Under the pieces are notes generated by a model, which was not told the origin of the DNA, ran no database searches, and saw only the letters and a program-made list of their open reading frames with translations. The translations under genes were made by a program, and so were the position numbers. Positions 53,101 to 62,020 of a stretch of DNA of 64,000 nucleotides are shown here, in pieces. The first letter of the stretch is position 1; every line of letters begins with the position of its first letter. Origin of the DNA: Lachnospiraceae bacterium (GTDB lineage Bacteria > Bacillota > Clostridia > Lachnospirales > Lachnospiraceae); assembly GCA_045579705.1 (NCBI GenBank), contig JAZNMP010000028.1, forward strand, positions 5,320 through 69,319, written 5' to 3'.

Positions 53101-55888
53101 CAGCCTTTCCAGCAACTGTAACTGAAAGATTATCAAACTTTCTCTTTGTGACACTAAACTTAACATTTAATGTTCCTTCGAGATTCTTTGCGCCTACAAT
53201 CTTTAGGTTCGCACCATTGTTTGAGACCTTTACATTATTTGAAGCAGTTACTGTTGCATTGTCTTTCAACTTTGAGTCAGTTGAATCAAATACTTTTTCA
53301 CCATTATTGTAAATAACTACATCCGGAACTATAGGATTTCCTGTATATGCGTATTCAGTCTGATATCTAACCACAACTCCAGTATTTACATCAGAAGCTG
53401 GATTTACATTTGCTGATGCGATGCTCAGTTTCAAAATATCAAATGTAGTTTTAAGAGTTCCGGTATAGTTTCCTTTTCCGGCAATTGTCACTTTTGCCTG
53501 ACCAGCATTTTTGTTATCGCTGTATTTAACTGTATAATCAACATCTTTAACCAGGTCATCACCTGCAGAAGTTGCCTTAACAGAGATTGCGCCATCATCT
53601 GGAACGATTTCTTTACCGTTGTTGTAAATATATGTTCCAGAAACTGAAGCTGTACCATCTGAGAGATCCAATGGATTAATCTTGTAAGTTACTGTAACTT
53701 CTTTGCCGGCGTAATCTCCCAAACCTTTGATATGCGCCGTAGCTGTACCTGCATCCGTGTTGTTATCATAAACAGTCAATTCGTAATCTGTATCTTTAAC
53801 CAGATTTTCACCGTTCAATAATACTGTTGGATTAATCGTCTTTGCAGTTCCATCATATTTAACGCTGTAATCCGTACTGATAGAACTACTATTTCCGTCA
53901 GCACTTACATTAGCTGCCGGAACAGTATATAGTTTACCATTTAAGTTTATAGAAAGCTGCCTTACGAAATCAGGAATAATATAGTATGAAAAAACGAGCT
54001 TTCCTGAATAATTTCCCTTTCCTACGATTTCAAGCTTCGCAGAAGGAGAATCTAAATCAATATCTGCGTTATTTTTATATGTAACTGTGTAATCGTCTCC
54101 TGCAGCCAAAGTTGTTTTACCGCCGCCAGCTGCTCTCTGAAGTTTAAGCGCCAAATCACTAAATGTAATCTCACGACCTGTATATACATACTTTTTATTG
54201 AGAACATACTTACCAGTTGTAGCGCTTGTTGCTGTTACATCTCCGATACCATCAATAGTCAACTGAGAAAAAGCTGTTCCAGCGCTATACTTTGCATCAT
54301 ATCCATTCTTGAATGTAGCTGTCAGATTTTCTTTATCAATTACAAATTCAGTTGTAAGTGTTCCCGCGTATTTATTTCCACGACCTGTCAATGTAACTGT
54401 CGCAGTTCCCGCTTTTGTATTATTGGAATACTTAACGTCGATATCTGAAAAAACATTCGCAGGACTCGCATCACTTTTTTCAATAAGTACACCTGCTTTA
54501 TTATACAGAGAAACAACAGGCTCCAAGGCTTCACCTGTATACTTCTGAGTTGTCTCTACTCTAGCTTCAAATACTGATGAAAGCTGAACTGCATTTCCTG
54601 CACTGTAACTGCTAGTTACAGTTCCAGCATCTACTGTTCCCTTATAATTATTAATACCTGTTACAGTTACGGTATATGTAACTTCGTCATTTCCATATAC
54701 CGGATTAGAACATACAGCATTAAAGTCTGTTCCCTGCTTCAGAGTTCTTCCACCCACAACGAGGTCATTAATAGTAACTGTTCCATCTGCTGTAACTACC
54801 TTAGTAGCTGCATTTACTTCATCTGAAGTAATCTCTGTCGCTGAGATTGTAAACGGAAGTGTAGTTTCAAAACCAGCATAATTACCTGTTCCTCGAACAG
54901 TTACTGAACCTGTACCTACATTTGTGTTATTGGAAAAAGTTGTTGTATATCCATTCTCTGCACCTTCAGTCAAGGCACTGTCTGCAACAACTTCCAATCC
55001 CAAATCAGTTCCTGAAATAGCTGTTCCCTTATAATCCACTGTTGAATTTGCAAGAGAAGCACTAACTATATAAATCGTAATCTTATTGGATTTAACAGTA
55101 TTATATGTAGCTTCTATTTCAACTTTTCCAGCGGCATTACCGGTAACTACACCATCCGAGCTAACTGTTGCACCACTTCCAGACTTTGAATAATTCAAAG
55201 TTCTCTTTCTTCCTTCAGCCTGTTCATTAAGCTCAGTTGACAAATCTATAGTTTCACCAACCGCTATAGTAGTCTTTGGAGCAGAAAGAGTTATGGACGT
55301 AACATCACTAGGAAGGGAAGGCGCGTTATCCGCCAATACTGTCATAGCAACACCACTAATCGGAGTGTTATTTATATATCCGCCAGCCTTAAAGTTGTCT
55401 GCAGGATTTGGAGCATCCTGATCTGTAACAGCCAAAGCCGAGCTGGACATGTTAACTATTTCCACAGCAAAATATTCCCCATAGCCAACTTCATATTGCT
55501 TTGGGAATGTAACTGTTGCTTTACCGCCGCTAATCTCTGCTGTTGCATCTCCACTATCTGATGCGACCGCAGTTGCAGTATCTGCTGTATATAAATTTCC
55601 TTCTTCACGAGGCTCTGTGTTGAAATAAATATTGTAATGAATCGCAAATGATGTTTCTGTCATCGCGCTTTCCTCTACGTTAAATTCAACACCTCTAACG
55701 ACCATCTTGCCGTTATTTGGCGCAGTGCTAGCAAATACCTGCTGCATAGTCGCTCCATGTACGACAGACTTTACTTCTCCTGCCGCAAAAACTCCTGGAT
55801 TGATGCCTGTAGTCGCTAGTATCGTAGTAACCGCAAGTAACAGCGCCAATCCTCTTTTAAACCAACTTCTCTTAATTGAATCACCCAT
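47141..55888 (-). CDS. Giant secreted repeat protein (2915 aa): Ig-like domain, about two dozen MBG-like beta repeats, two C-terminal fibronectin type III domains
   Basis: Signal peptide; Big_2-like segment (VSSDGVVTGNAAGKVEIEATY); recurring 'Yx(V)xYxNNxxxGTATVTxxGxGNYxG'; FN3 signatures (IYLEWNAS...LEGGTKYILEVKPY; VTITWNP...YYYRLRSY). Confidence 0.85.
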   Translation of the reverse strand: MGDSIKRSWFKRGLALLLAVTTILATTGINPGVFAAGEVKSVVHGATMQQVFASTAPNNGKMVVRGVEFNVEESAMTETSFAIHYNIYFNTEPREEGNLYTADTATAVASDSGDATAEISGGKATVTFPKQYEVGYGEYFAVEIVNMSSSALAVTDQDAPNPADNFKAGGYINNTPISGVAMTVLADNAPSLPSDVTSITLSAPKTTIAVGETIDLSTELNEQAEGRKRTLNYSKSGSGATVSSDGVVTGNAAGKVEIEATYNTVKSNKITIYIVSASLANSTVDYKGTAISGTDLGLEVVADSALTEGAENGYTTTFSNNTNVGTGSVTVRGTGNYAGFETTLPFTISATEITSDEVNAATKVVTADGTVTINDLVVGGRTLKQGTDFNAVCSNPVYGNDEVTYTVTVTGINNYKGTVDAGTVTSSYSAGNAVQLSSVFEARVETTQKYTGEALEPVVSLYNKAGVLIEKSDASPANVFSDIDVKYSNNTKAGTATVTLTGRGNKYAGTLTTEFVIDKENLTATFKNGYDAKYSAGTAFSQLTIDGIGDVTATSATTGKYVLNKKYVYTGREITFSDLALKLQRAAGGGKTTLAAGDDYTVTYKNNADIDLDSPSAKLEIVGKGNYSGKLVFSYYIIPDFVRQLSINLNGKLYTVPAANVSADGNSSSISTDYSVKYDGTAKTINPTVLLNGENLVKDTDYELTVYDNNTDAGTATAHIKGLGDYAGKEVTVTYKINPLDLSDGTASVSGTYIYNNGKEIVPDDGAISVKATSAGDDLVKDVDYTVKYSDNKNAGQAKVTIAGKGNYTGTLKTTFDILKLSIASANVNPASDVNTGVVVRYQTEYAYTGNPIVPDVVIYNNGEKVFDSTDSKLKDNATVTASNNVKVSNNGANLKIVGAKNLEGTLNVKFSVTKRKFDNLSVTVAGKAASVDESSLSGGTVRFTSDYEDTYTYASAALPEIVIVDNGTGNTLSRGTDYTVSVVNRNASDNAVINVFGVGSYAGSMAMISYKIKPRNIVDKDISITQKGFETTDTAKPVFEVVDKTSGLATTLKVDKDYKVQPVDADGKEVSEWSSAAGIHHMKVVGIGNYTGETDVMEYERGKAMSNADIALKNPGDTSIGYSLLSSGAFGIPYIGNNRPKAYITMLVGTETKVLKEGTDYELSYDSDNYNAGETITVTVNAKSGSESYYGSTTFKYTIRRLSFVAVNGSTNAVIEKNKLTDASSYFCGDQGIVALSDGNTKDSRLDYSAPFTYFYAHQGQVGGYDPLTPNPKLEYYALGKNNDPIVLSASDVSVSPVNIDVNGLPTNRTAKVSITGNGNYADTVEPGYAVSQTDLQNATVSGFDQFTARDDNGIFYTGFTGNPIDISKFALREYGAALKSGTDYTVSSIKYTQVKGGTETDVAESNVMAPGYYKITYSGTGDNQVNPVVGNYYGTKTIEFKVTAREFNNSGYSIEGSDMYYYTGSNISTGFTIKEGKITLTPDAGYDVAIYKGDQTTVTDFSSLTEVAPKEIGLYTVVFTGKNKYTGILTRKFKVVGDISKDNIFTVTPDNITGTYSPENLNAVLGTVAVKYKDSNNVEQTVPATNYTVTAAEWKGIGTGEVTVKGNAETVNDDFYFIGSRKIANKMKGNLADAVVKDAQESNGNIYSFNGTNIKPNLTVTYYGQELRAGTDFEIRYLDADVQDSQTTTAVSKYDYYLFGKNDFVGQTSNQFYHVAYNLKNVIVQFADSANGPWVNSDDYSKEITSDAAANHPSYVKAVLTLADGQTVTLKSGVDFDVVYTNDTAIGNVGVELKPISGRSYNEKKVSYNLTGKVLTNANTDISLDGAAEGAYDHDFTGAQLTPMVTVKYGSTAKVLTEGVDYTLTYGDNVNAGTNVGTVTIKGIGQYSGSVTEKFSINQISLNDCDILIADAYYSGIGIKVLPQITIKYGNYDLVLDKDYSVEVFAVSADAKETISIKGKGNFKDEYRRNIQLLDRDISQNGAVTIEDEKIYDGAKISTKDVVLKVDLGYKDTDGNEVYSTLTQGTEYTVAPIDAAGLSANVGSYTFVITAKEGSHFTGQITKTVSIVPKNIADPEIDASLSKDSYDYTGNEVAPADITAVYNTRGKNDAGNTLDPIDMVTGTDYDVSYANNTVSASKDGENAPTVILTGKGNYTGTRNVTFNIGSDLGAKATVDYNDPNFTYNGKVHDVNDFNYSVKYKNSTLEKNVDYTVGKVVDTGKDDVHYKEEDVIHAGTKTVTLIGTGAFYGELKFDYHIKAKTVSKDSKAIKIVLKDFESVDGEYETVYNGEPATSEIEIYDLDIDKDNPIDVTNWELYKKGEYENGNGYKNNTNVSASDNPAMVAITMKGDYDTGTDTLNQKFYIKGKSLEGLNLELRDAPNAVKDVNADRYPYDWTHEKPIRPEVLVHDGSNTLGLVEGRDYTISYENNETIGTATVKLTGKGNYAGELEKEFVIYASLENAKVTLKADKYYYLGYGIVPTPAGAEKIKSVKVGGVTLDPSDYIVTESSDNNYQTSGSLTIVPSTDGSMALYLSKVATKEYDITSDLSALKVNDPTNENFPNYEYTGSQIKPNFVVTQPDGSEISYDKDNIKYYRVTAGGDIATTDLVDKGNYKAEIPLFKTDDQTRSLEVNFNITNPMINASDINMKKSYVYNGDEQKFTVAIYKGSNCLEEGKDYTITVLDKDGNPVEPVECGDYYLLIRGKGDFEGSEVNFLARENPEAVSIEPDRAHAMKVTSVSNHQIYLEWNASNDVNGYVVSATKKGTDDKVSFTTSSTNYTFTDLEGGTKYILEVKPYVYNRDDGNYYYGTPRTLEQRTKILSPSNVTKDETQHGKVTITWNPNAVDIDGYEVYRSSTINGTYSLAAVVPIAYASYTDTQVTSGKVYYYRLRSYKKEANGTVEYSSYSQIVEAKAP

Positions 55889-55968
55889 ACCGTGGTACCC
55901 CTTCCTGTAAAGTTATACGGTATCAAAAACACACTAGTGTATTAATATTTTTGCTTTTGGATTCACGT

Positions 55969-56022
55969 AAAAAATCACAGAATCCGCCTATTCAAACAAT
56001 TTATCGGCAGAATTCTGTGATT
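55969..56022 (-). terminator. Terminator after the ABC exporter genes
   Basis: AATCACAGAATTCTGCC/GGCGGATTCTGTGATT hairpin followed by a T run. Confidence 0.75.
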
Positions 56023-56058
56023 AATTAAGATTACAAATATAACTTTTTACTAAAGAAC

Positions 56059-57960
56059 TTAGGCATTCTCAAGCTTTCCAGTATAGAGCTGGTAATACTT
56101 TCCTTTATCTTTAAGCAGTTCTTCGTGATTGCCTCGTTCGATAATGCGTCCATGCTCTAAAACCATGATACAATCTGAGTTCTTGATAGTAGATAATCTG
56201 TGGGCAATAACAAAAGTAGTTCTGCCGTGCATCAATTTATCCATACCTTCCTGAACCAATTTCTCAGTTCTAGTATCAATCGAACTAGTAGCTTCATCTA
56301 GAATCAAAACAGGTGGATTTGCGATAGCTGCTCTCGCAATTGAAAGTAGCTGTCTCTGGCCCATTGATAGATTCTGTCCATCGCCTTCAAGTATAGTATC
56401 ATAGCCATCTGGAAGTCTTCTTATAAATCCATCTGCATTTGCAAGCTTCGCAGCTTGTACGACTTCCTCGTCTGTTGCATCTAGTTTACCATATCTGATG
56501 TTATCCGCAACAGTTCCAGTAAACAAATGAGTATCCTGTAGTACGATTCCGAGCGAACGTCTCAAATCGTCCTTTTTAATCTTATTAATATTGATTCCAT
56601 CATATCGAATTTTACCATCTGCCATATCATAGAATCTATTAATTAAGTTTGTAATAGTTGTTTTTCCTGCACCAGTAGGTCCTACAAAAGCAATCTTCTG
56701 TCCCGGTGTAGCAAAAAGCTTAATATTATGAAGTACCAGCTTGTCTTCTGAGTATCCAAAGTCAACATCATCAAATACTACATCGCCTTCCAGCTTTGTA
56801 TATGTAGTAGTCTGAGTTGATTCATGATAATGTTTCCAAGCCCACATATTTGTGCGCTCTTCTGTTTCGACTATTTTTCCGTTTTCAAGCTTTGCATTAA
56901 CTAGCGTTACATATCCTTCGTCTAACTCAGGTTCCTGATCCAGGAGAGCGTATACTCTCTTCGCACCAGCCATAGCCATTACGATAAAGTTAAGCTGCTG
57001 ACTGACCTGATTAATCGGCATATTAAACGATTTATTGAATGTAAGGAATGAAGCAAGTTTACCAAGTGTAAATCCGCCTACATTTCCCAATGCTAACGCA
57101 CCGCCAACCATGGCAACCAATACATAACTTACATTTCCAATCTGCGCATTTGCAGGCATCAGAATATTAGCATACTTATTTGCATTGTTTGCACTGTTAA
57201 AAAGCTCGTCATTTAATTTATCAAATTCACGAATCGCTTCCTCTTCATGGTTAAATACTTTTACAACCTTCTGACCATGAATCATCTCTTCGATATTACC
57301 ATTTACAATACCGATATCTTTCTGCTGCAATCCAAAATACTTACCTGACTGAGCAGCTATCTTTCCAGTAACAAATAGCATTACACCAACCATTGCCAAT
57401 GTCAGAATTGTTAATGGTACATTTAATATAATCATAGACACCAGAACACTGACGAGTGTTACAGATGAATTAATCATCTGAGGAAAACTCTGTGCGATAA
57501 CCTGACGAAGTGTATCTACGTCATTTGTATATACACTCATTACATCTCCGATTGCGTTCTGGTCGAAGTATCTAATAGGAAGTCGCTCCATTTTTTCAAA
57601 GAGCTGATTTCTAATATTCTTCATAAATGACTGAGTAACAACAGCCATAATCATAGTATAGAGATAAGAAGCGAGAATTCCGCAGCCATAGAAGATAGCT
57701 ACTCTCGTAATTGCTTTTAACAGTGGTCCAAAATCTGTACTATGATTTTTTACCATCGGTACTATGTATGAATCAATCAGAGTCTGCATAAACATAGTAC
57801 CCTGAACATTCGCAAGTACACTGATAAAGATACAAATTACAACAAAGATAAGCTGGAGAGGATATGTAGTGAACAATCCACCAAACAATCTACCTAAAGT
57901 CTTGCTTTCCGCTTTAATATCCTTTGCAGAAAGTTTCTTACGATTAACATTTCTAGGCAT
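56059..57960 (-). CDS. ABC exporter, fused permease/ATPase subunit (consensus site)
   Basis: Six-TM domain, Walker A GPTGAGKT, signature LSMGQRQ, Walker B ILDEATS and H-loop IAHRL. Confidence 0.92.
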   Translation of the reverse strand: MPRNVNRKKLSAKDIKAESKTLGRLFGGLFTTYPLQLIFVVICIFISVLANVQGTMFMQTLIDSYIVPMVKNHSTDFGPLLKAITRVAIFYGCGILASYLYTMIMAVVTQSFMKNIRNQLFEKMERLPIRYFDQNAIGDVMSVYTNDVDTLRQVIAQSFPQMINSSVTLVSVLVSMIILNVPLTILTLAMVGVMLFVTGKIAAQSGKYFGLQQKDIGIVNGNIEEMIHGQKVVKVFNHEEEAIREFDKLNDELFNSANNANKYANILMPANAQIGNVSYVLVAMVGGALALGNVGGFTLGKLASFLTFNKSFNMPINQVSQQLNFIVMAMAGAKRVYALLDQEPELDEGYVTLVNAKLENGKIVETEERTNMWAWKHYHESTQTTTYTKLEGDVVFDDVDFGYSEDKLVLHNIKLFATPGQKIAFVGPTGAGKTTITNLINRFYDMADGKIRYDGININKIKKDDLRRSLGIVLQDTHLFTGTVADNIRYGKLDATDEEVVQAAKLANADGFIRRLPDGYDTILEGDGQNLSMGQRQLLSIARAAIANPPVLILDEATSSIDTRTEKLVQEGMDKLMHGRTTFVIAHRLSTIKNSDCIMVLEHGRIIERGNHEELLKDKGKYYQLYTGKLENA

Positions 57961-59744
57961 TAGTCTTCATCTCCTTTCTCATCAAAATCACCATAACCAC
58001 CTTCGGTCTGGGCTTTATAAATATCCTGATAAATCTGATTATTTTTAAGGAGATTTTCCGGAGTATCAAAACCGTTTACTGTTCCATCATCTAAGATGAG
58101 GATTCTGTCGGCATCCATTACAGATGTGACACGCTGAGAGATAATAATCTTCGTCGTATCTGGAATATCTTCTCTAAACGCCTTTCTGATCTTTGCATCA
58201 GTAGCCGTATCAACAGCAGAAGTTGAGTCGTCGAGGATCAAAATCTTTGGCTTCTTAAGCAAAGCTCGAGCTATACAAAGTCGCTGTCTCTGTCCACCGG
58301 ATACATTTGTACCGCCCTGATCGATATAGGTATCATATCCATCCGGGAATCTTTCGATAAATTCATCTGCACAAGCAGACTCACACGCCTTCTTAATCTC
58401 TGCTTCAGTAGCATCAGCTTTACCCCATCTCAAGTTATCAGCAATAGTTCCTGAAAAAAGAACGTTCTGCTGAAGAACTACCGAAACCTCATCACGAAGA
58501 GCCTTTAAATCATATTCCTTAACATTTTTATTTCCAACTCGTACTTCACCTTCTGTAGCATCGTACAATCTAGAAATCAAGCTTACAAATGTACTCTTTG
58601 CGCTACCAGTTCCACCCATAACTCCAATCGTTTCACCTGACTTGATAGCTAGTGAAATATCTTTGAGAACCGACTCTTTTGCATCTTTATTATATCCAAA
58701 ATTAACATTTTTAAATTCAATTGAACCATCTTCTATTTCATATACAGGCTGTTCTGGATTCTTAATATCAGGAACTTCTAGCAAAACCTCTGTAACTCTT
58801 CGAAGCGGCGCAGATGACATCATAATCATTACAAATACAAATGAAAGCATCATCAAGCTCATCAGAATATTTAAGCAATATGTCAACAAGCTCATAAGCT
58901 GACCAGTCATAAGTTCGCCTCCGACGATCAGCTTAGCACCACGCCAACTGATTAGCAGAATAGAACCGTAAACCATAAGCATCATTACAGGCATCATCGC
59001 AGCCATCATTGACTCGACCTGTACACCTATCTTAAAGATATCCTGAGAAGTCTTCTTAAACTTCTGCTCTTCATGATCTTCTCGAACATAAGCTTTTACA
59101 ACGCGAATACCATTTATATTTTCCTGTACTGTATTATTCAACTTATCGTATTTCTTAAACATTCTGTCAAAGAACTTTCTAGCAACTCCTGCTAGCAATA
59201 CGACGAAAACTGCCAAAATTAAAACAGCAATTAAGTAAACAGATGCAAGTTTTGGACTAATTGTAAATGATAATACCATTGCGATAAGCATACTCATAGG
59301 TGCTCTAACGCCCATACGCAATATCATCTGATATGCGTTCTGAATATTAGTTACATCTGTCGTCATACGAGTTACCAAACTAGCTGTTGAGAACTTATCT
59401 ATATTTCCGAATGAATAAGTATTAACTTTCCTAAACATCGCAGCACGTAGATTTCGCGCTAATCCTGTGGAAGCAAGGGCACCATATTTACCGCCCATAA
59501 TACCTGCAAATAATCCGACAAAAGCAACGACGATCATGCCGGCTCCTACCAGAATGATATGCTTCATATCGCCTTTGTTTACACCATCATCGATAATAGA
59601 AGCCATAAGCAACGGAATGACCATTTCCATAGCTACTTCCAGAAGCATAAACGCAGGTGTCAAAAAAGAAGCCACTTTAAATTCTTTAACTTGGCCTAAG
59701 ATTGTCTTAAGAATAGGAAGATTCTTTTTCGTCTTTCTTTCCAT
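57960..59744 (-). CDS. ABC exporter, fused permease/ATPase subunit (degenerate site); heterodimer with the downstream gene
   Basis: Walker A GGTGSAKS, SGGQRQR, Walker B with D replacing E (ILDDSTS) and Q replacing H (ISQR). ATG 59744 follows AAGGAG; the ORF track extends to 59795. Confidence 0.92.
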   Translation of the reverse strand: MERKTKKNLPILKTILGQVKEFKVASFLTPAFMLLEVAMEMVIPLLMASIIDDGVNKGDMKHIILVGAGMIVVAFVGLFAGIMGGKYGALASTGLARNLRAAMFRKVNTYSFGNIDKFSTASLVTRMTTDVTNIQNAYQMILRMGVRAPMSMLIAMVLSFTISPKLASVYLIAVLILAVFVVLLAGVARKFFDRMFKKYDKLNNTVQENINGIRVVKAYVREDHEEQKFKKTSQDIFKIGVQVESMMAAMMPVMMLMVYGSILLISWRGAKLIVGGELMTGQLMSLLTYCLNILMSLMMLSFVFVMIMMSSAPLRRVTEVLLEVPDIKNPEQPVYEIEDGSIEFKNVNFGYNKDAKESVLKDISLAIKSGETIGVMGGTGSAKSTFVSLISRLYDATEGEVRVGNKNVKEYDLKALRDEVSVVLQQNVLFSGTIADNLRWGKADATEAEIKKACESACADEFIERFPDGYDTYIDQGGTNVSGGQRQRLCIARALLKKPKILILDDSTSAVDTATDAKIRKAFREDIPDTTKIIISQRVTSVMDADRILILDDGTVNGFDTPENLLKNNQIYQDIYKAQTEGGYGDFDEKGDED

Positions 59745-59834
59745 GTCTTCACTCCTTTCTACTTGTAACCTAACTATTTTAAATATATTGCACACAATTT
59801 ATCAACAACATTTTGGTGAATTTTTTGTGAACAT

Positions 59835-59860
59835 AAGAAAGGGCGCCTAATGGCGCCCTT
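59835..59860 (-). terminator. Terminator after tRNA-Pro
   Basis: AAGGGCGCC-ATTA-GGCGCCCTT followed by TCTT. Confidence 0.75.
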
Positions 59861-59868
59861 GTCTCGTA

Positions 59869-59942
59869 TCGATGCGACAGGATTCGAACCTGCGGCCTCT
59901 GCGTCCCGAACGCAGCGCTCTACCAAACTGAGCCACGCATCG
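59869..59942 (-). tRNA. tRNA-Pro(CGG), CCA not encoded
   Basis: Acceptor stem CGATGCG/CGCATCG with A73, anticodon arm CTGCG-TTCGGGA-CGCAG, T loop GGTTCGAATCC. Confidence 0.97.
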
Positions 59943-60000
59943 AAATTTGTAAATACGCTTTACACAAGCGTATTTACTTTATCAGAACATCCTCGAGTTT

Positions 60001-62001
60001 TCAAGGGTTATTCTGTGATGGTATGAAATCTAAAGGCGTTAAATTCTTATGTATTTCTGTCATATATTTATTCCAAATACGAAGCGGAATAGAATCACCT
60101 CGTATACTATCCAAACCTTTAGGCTGATCATATCCTACCCAAACACTAGTCGTATAATATCTCGTATATCCTACAAACCACCCATCTTTATGATCATTTG
60201 TAGTTCCGGTTTTGCCAGCGCTAGGCATGTTAGGAACCGCTCCTCCCTTTGCAGTTCCTTCTGTCAAAACTCCCTGAAGTATATTTGTCATATTTCTGGC
60301 AGCATCTGTCTCATAGATTTTCACCTCTTCCTGCTTAGCCTGATAGAGAACTTTTCCTTCTGAATCCGTAATCTTCAAGACACAAGTCGGCTCTCTCATA
60401 TTGCCATCATTTTCAAGTGTCGCATAACCTTTCGCCATATCGAGCGGCGATACACCATTTGTAAATCCACCGATAGATGCTGCTGGGACCTCGTCCTTTG
60501 ATGTTACTTTTTCGAAATTCATATTATATAAGTAGCCCATCAAAACTCGTGGTGTAAACTCTTCAAAGATTTTCCAGGCCACAGTATTTCTAGACTGTTC
60601 TACAGCCTGTCTTAAAGTAATCTTTCCTAAATATGCTTTATCTGCATTTTCAGGTCCATCAGGTATTTCTTCATCTATCACTTCGCTATCTGCAGTATAA
60701 CCTCTTTCCAAAGCAGGTGTATATACTAGCAGCGGTTTTATAGAACTTCCTGGCTGTCTGTAGCTCTGAAAAGCTCTATTTAAAGTATAGCCCGCTACAT
60801 CCTGGCTTCTGCCGCCTACGATTGCCTTTACCATCCCCGTCGTATTATCAATACAAACAGCGGCACCCTGTAACTGATAGATTCCTTCGGCATTTTTTTC
60901 CTGACTAACAGATAGTTCTTCATCCAGATTTGTTTGTAGCTGATTCTGTAAATCCGTATCAAAAGAAGTATAAATCCTATAGCCGCCTATATATAGTTTC
61001 TTATTACATTCATTGTATTTCTCTTTGTAAGAAGCTTTATAACGCTGGGCTTCGTCTTCAGAACTAAATGTATTTTTAACTTTAAAGCCTTCCACTTCCA
61101 TCAACGCTTTAGTGGCACAAACTCTCAAATATGTTTCTAAATAGTTGTTGTAAACTATAGAAGCTTCCTTTATTTTAATCTCTTCGTTCTTTGCCTTAAT
61201 ATACTCAGCTTCTTTAATCACCCCATCCGTATACATATTCTTCAAAACACGATTTCGTCTAGAAATCGTATTTTCCAAAAACAGTCTCGGATTATAACTT
61301 TCCGGTCTATTGGGAATCGAAACCAGGAAAGCTGTCTGCGATAAAGTCAAATCTTCTACTCCACATCCAAAATATCCCATTGAAGCAGCTTCTATTCCAT
61401 AGTATCCGTTTGCAAAATAGATATTATTTAAGTAAAACTCCAATAATTGTTCTTTGGAATACTTTTTCTCTAATTCGACCGCGATATAGATTTCTTCAAT
61501 CTTTCTCTCCCAAGTTTTATCTTGGTTTAAGAAAACATTTCTTGCAAGCTGCTGAGTAATTGTAGACGCTCCCTGCGTAATTGATCGATTACGAACCATC
61601 GCCCAAACCGCTCTAATAATCGCCTTGTAATCTACTCCTTTATGCTTGTAAAACTTTTTATCCTCTATGCTAACTATTGAGAGCTTAACATTTTCTGGGA
61701 TTTCGTCATACGGAAGATAATAAGTATCCTTATCACCTTTCATTACAGAAAGAGTTTTACCATTTACATCATAAGCGATGCTAGTCTGGTTTTTCTTAAA
61801 AGTTTCTTCATCCGAATCAGCAACTAACCGAATCGCCTCATTGTGTAATTTTGAAATCTTCTTAGCATATCCGCCCGCATAATAATAAGCCAATCCTCCA
61901 AGCACCAGGAGAATTAGCAGAATCTGCAGCTTTATAAACATCCATAAAAATCTATGTTTTTTTCGTTTTCGATTATTTCTCATCTTTGTCATCTTCATCA
62001 C
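60001..62001 (-). CDS. Class A penicillin-binding protein (PBP1A-like transglycosylase/transpeptidase)
   Basis: GT51 motifs EDKKFYKH.GVD and GASTITQQLARN; transpeptidase SSIK, SRN and KTGT. Confidence 0.93.
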   Translation of the reverse strand: MMKMTKMRNNRKRKKHRFLWMFIKLQILLILLVLGGLAYYYAGGYAKKISKLHNEAIRLVADSDEETFKKNQTSIAYDVNGKTLSVMKGDKDTYYLPYDEIPENVKLSIVSIEDKKFYKHKGVDYKAIIRAVWAMVRNRSITQGASTITQQLARNVFLNQDKTWERKIEEIYIAVELEKKYSKEQLLEFYLNNIYFANGYYGIEAASMGYFGCGVEDLTLSQTAFLVSIPNRPESYNPRLFLENTISRRNRVLKNMYTDGVIKEAEYIKAKNEEIKIKEASIVYNNYLETYLRVCATKALMEVEGFKVKNTFSSEDEAQRYKASYKEKYNECNKKLYIGGYRIYTSFDTDLQNQLQTNLDEELSVSQEKNAEGIYQLQGAAVCIDNTTGMVKAIVGGRSQDVAGYTLNRAFQSYRQPGSSIKPLLVYTPALERGYTADSEVIDEEIPDGPENADKAYLGKITLRQAVEQSRNTVAWKIFEEFTPRVLMGYLYNMNFEKVTSKDEVPAASIGGFTNGVSPLDMAKGYATLENDGNMREPTCVLKITDSEGKVLYQAKQEEVKIYETDAARNMTNILQGVLTEGTAKGGAVPNMPSAGKTGTTNDHKDGWFVGYTRYYTTSVWVGYDQPKGLDSIRGDSIPLRIWNKYMTEIHKNLTPLDFIPSQNNP

Positions 62002-62011
62002 CTTTAGTCTA

Positions 62012-62020
62012 TGTTATAAT
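62012..62020 (+). promoter_or_regulatory. Extended -10 promoter of galM
   Basis: TG-T-TATAAT about 40 bp upstream of the ATG. Confidence 0.55.

Noticed and set aside
47141-55888. Repeats of the giant gene as a CRISPR array, DGR target or shufflon
   Set aside because: Similarity is only at the degenerate protein level. No near-identical DNA repeats, reverse transcriptase, recombinase or cas genes.
55882-55925. ATACCGT/ACGGTAT inverted repeat bracketing the giant gene's RBS and ATG
   Set aside because: Only 7 bp, and a candidate -10 box (TATAAC) lies between the arms, so the 5' arm is probably not transcribed.
44092-59942. Possible island integrated at tRNA-Pro spanning the ABC exporter, giant protein, srtB and LRR genes
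   Set aside because: The only echo of the tRNA 3' end is an 8-bp match (TGCGACAG near 44092) inside a terminator stem, which is chance level. No integrase, and no obvious composition shift.
6789-59942. Both tRNA genes lack an encoded CCA while cca lies in the window
   Set aside because: Normal for Clostridia; co-location in 64 kb is not informative.
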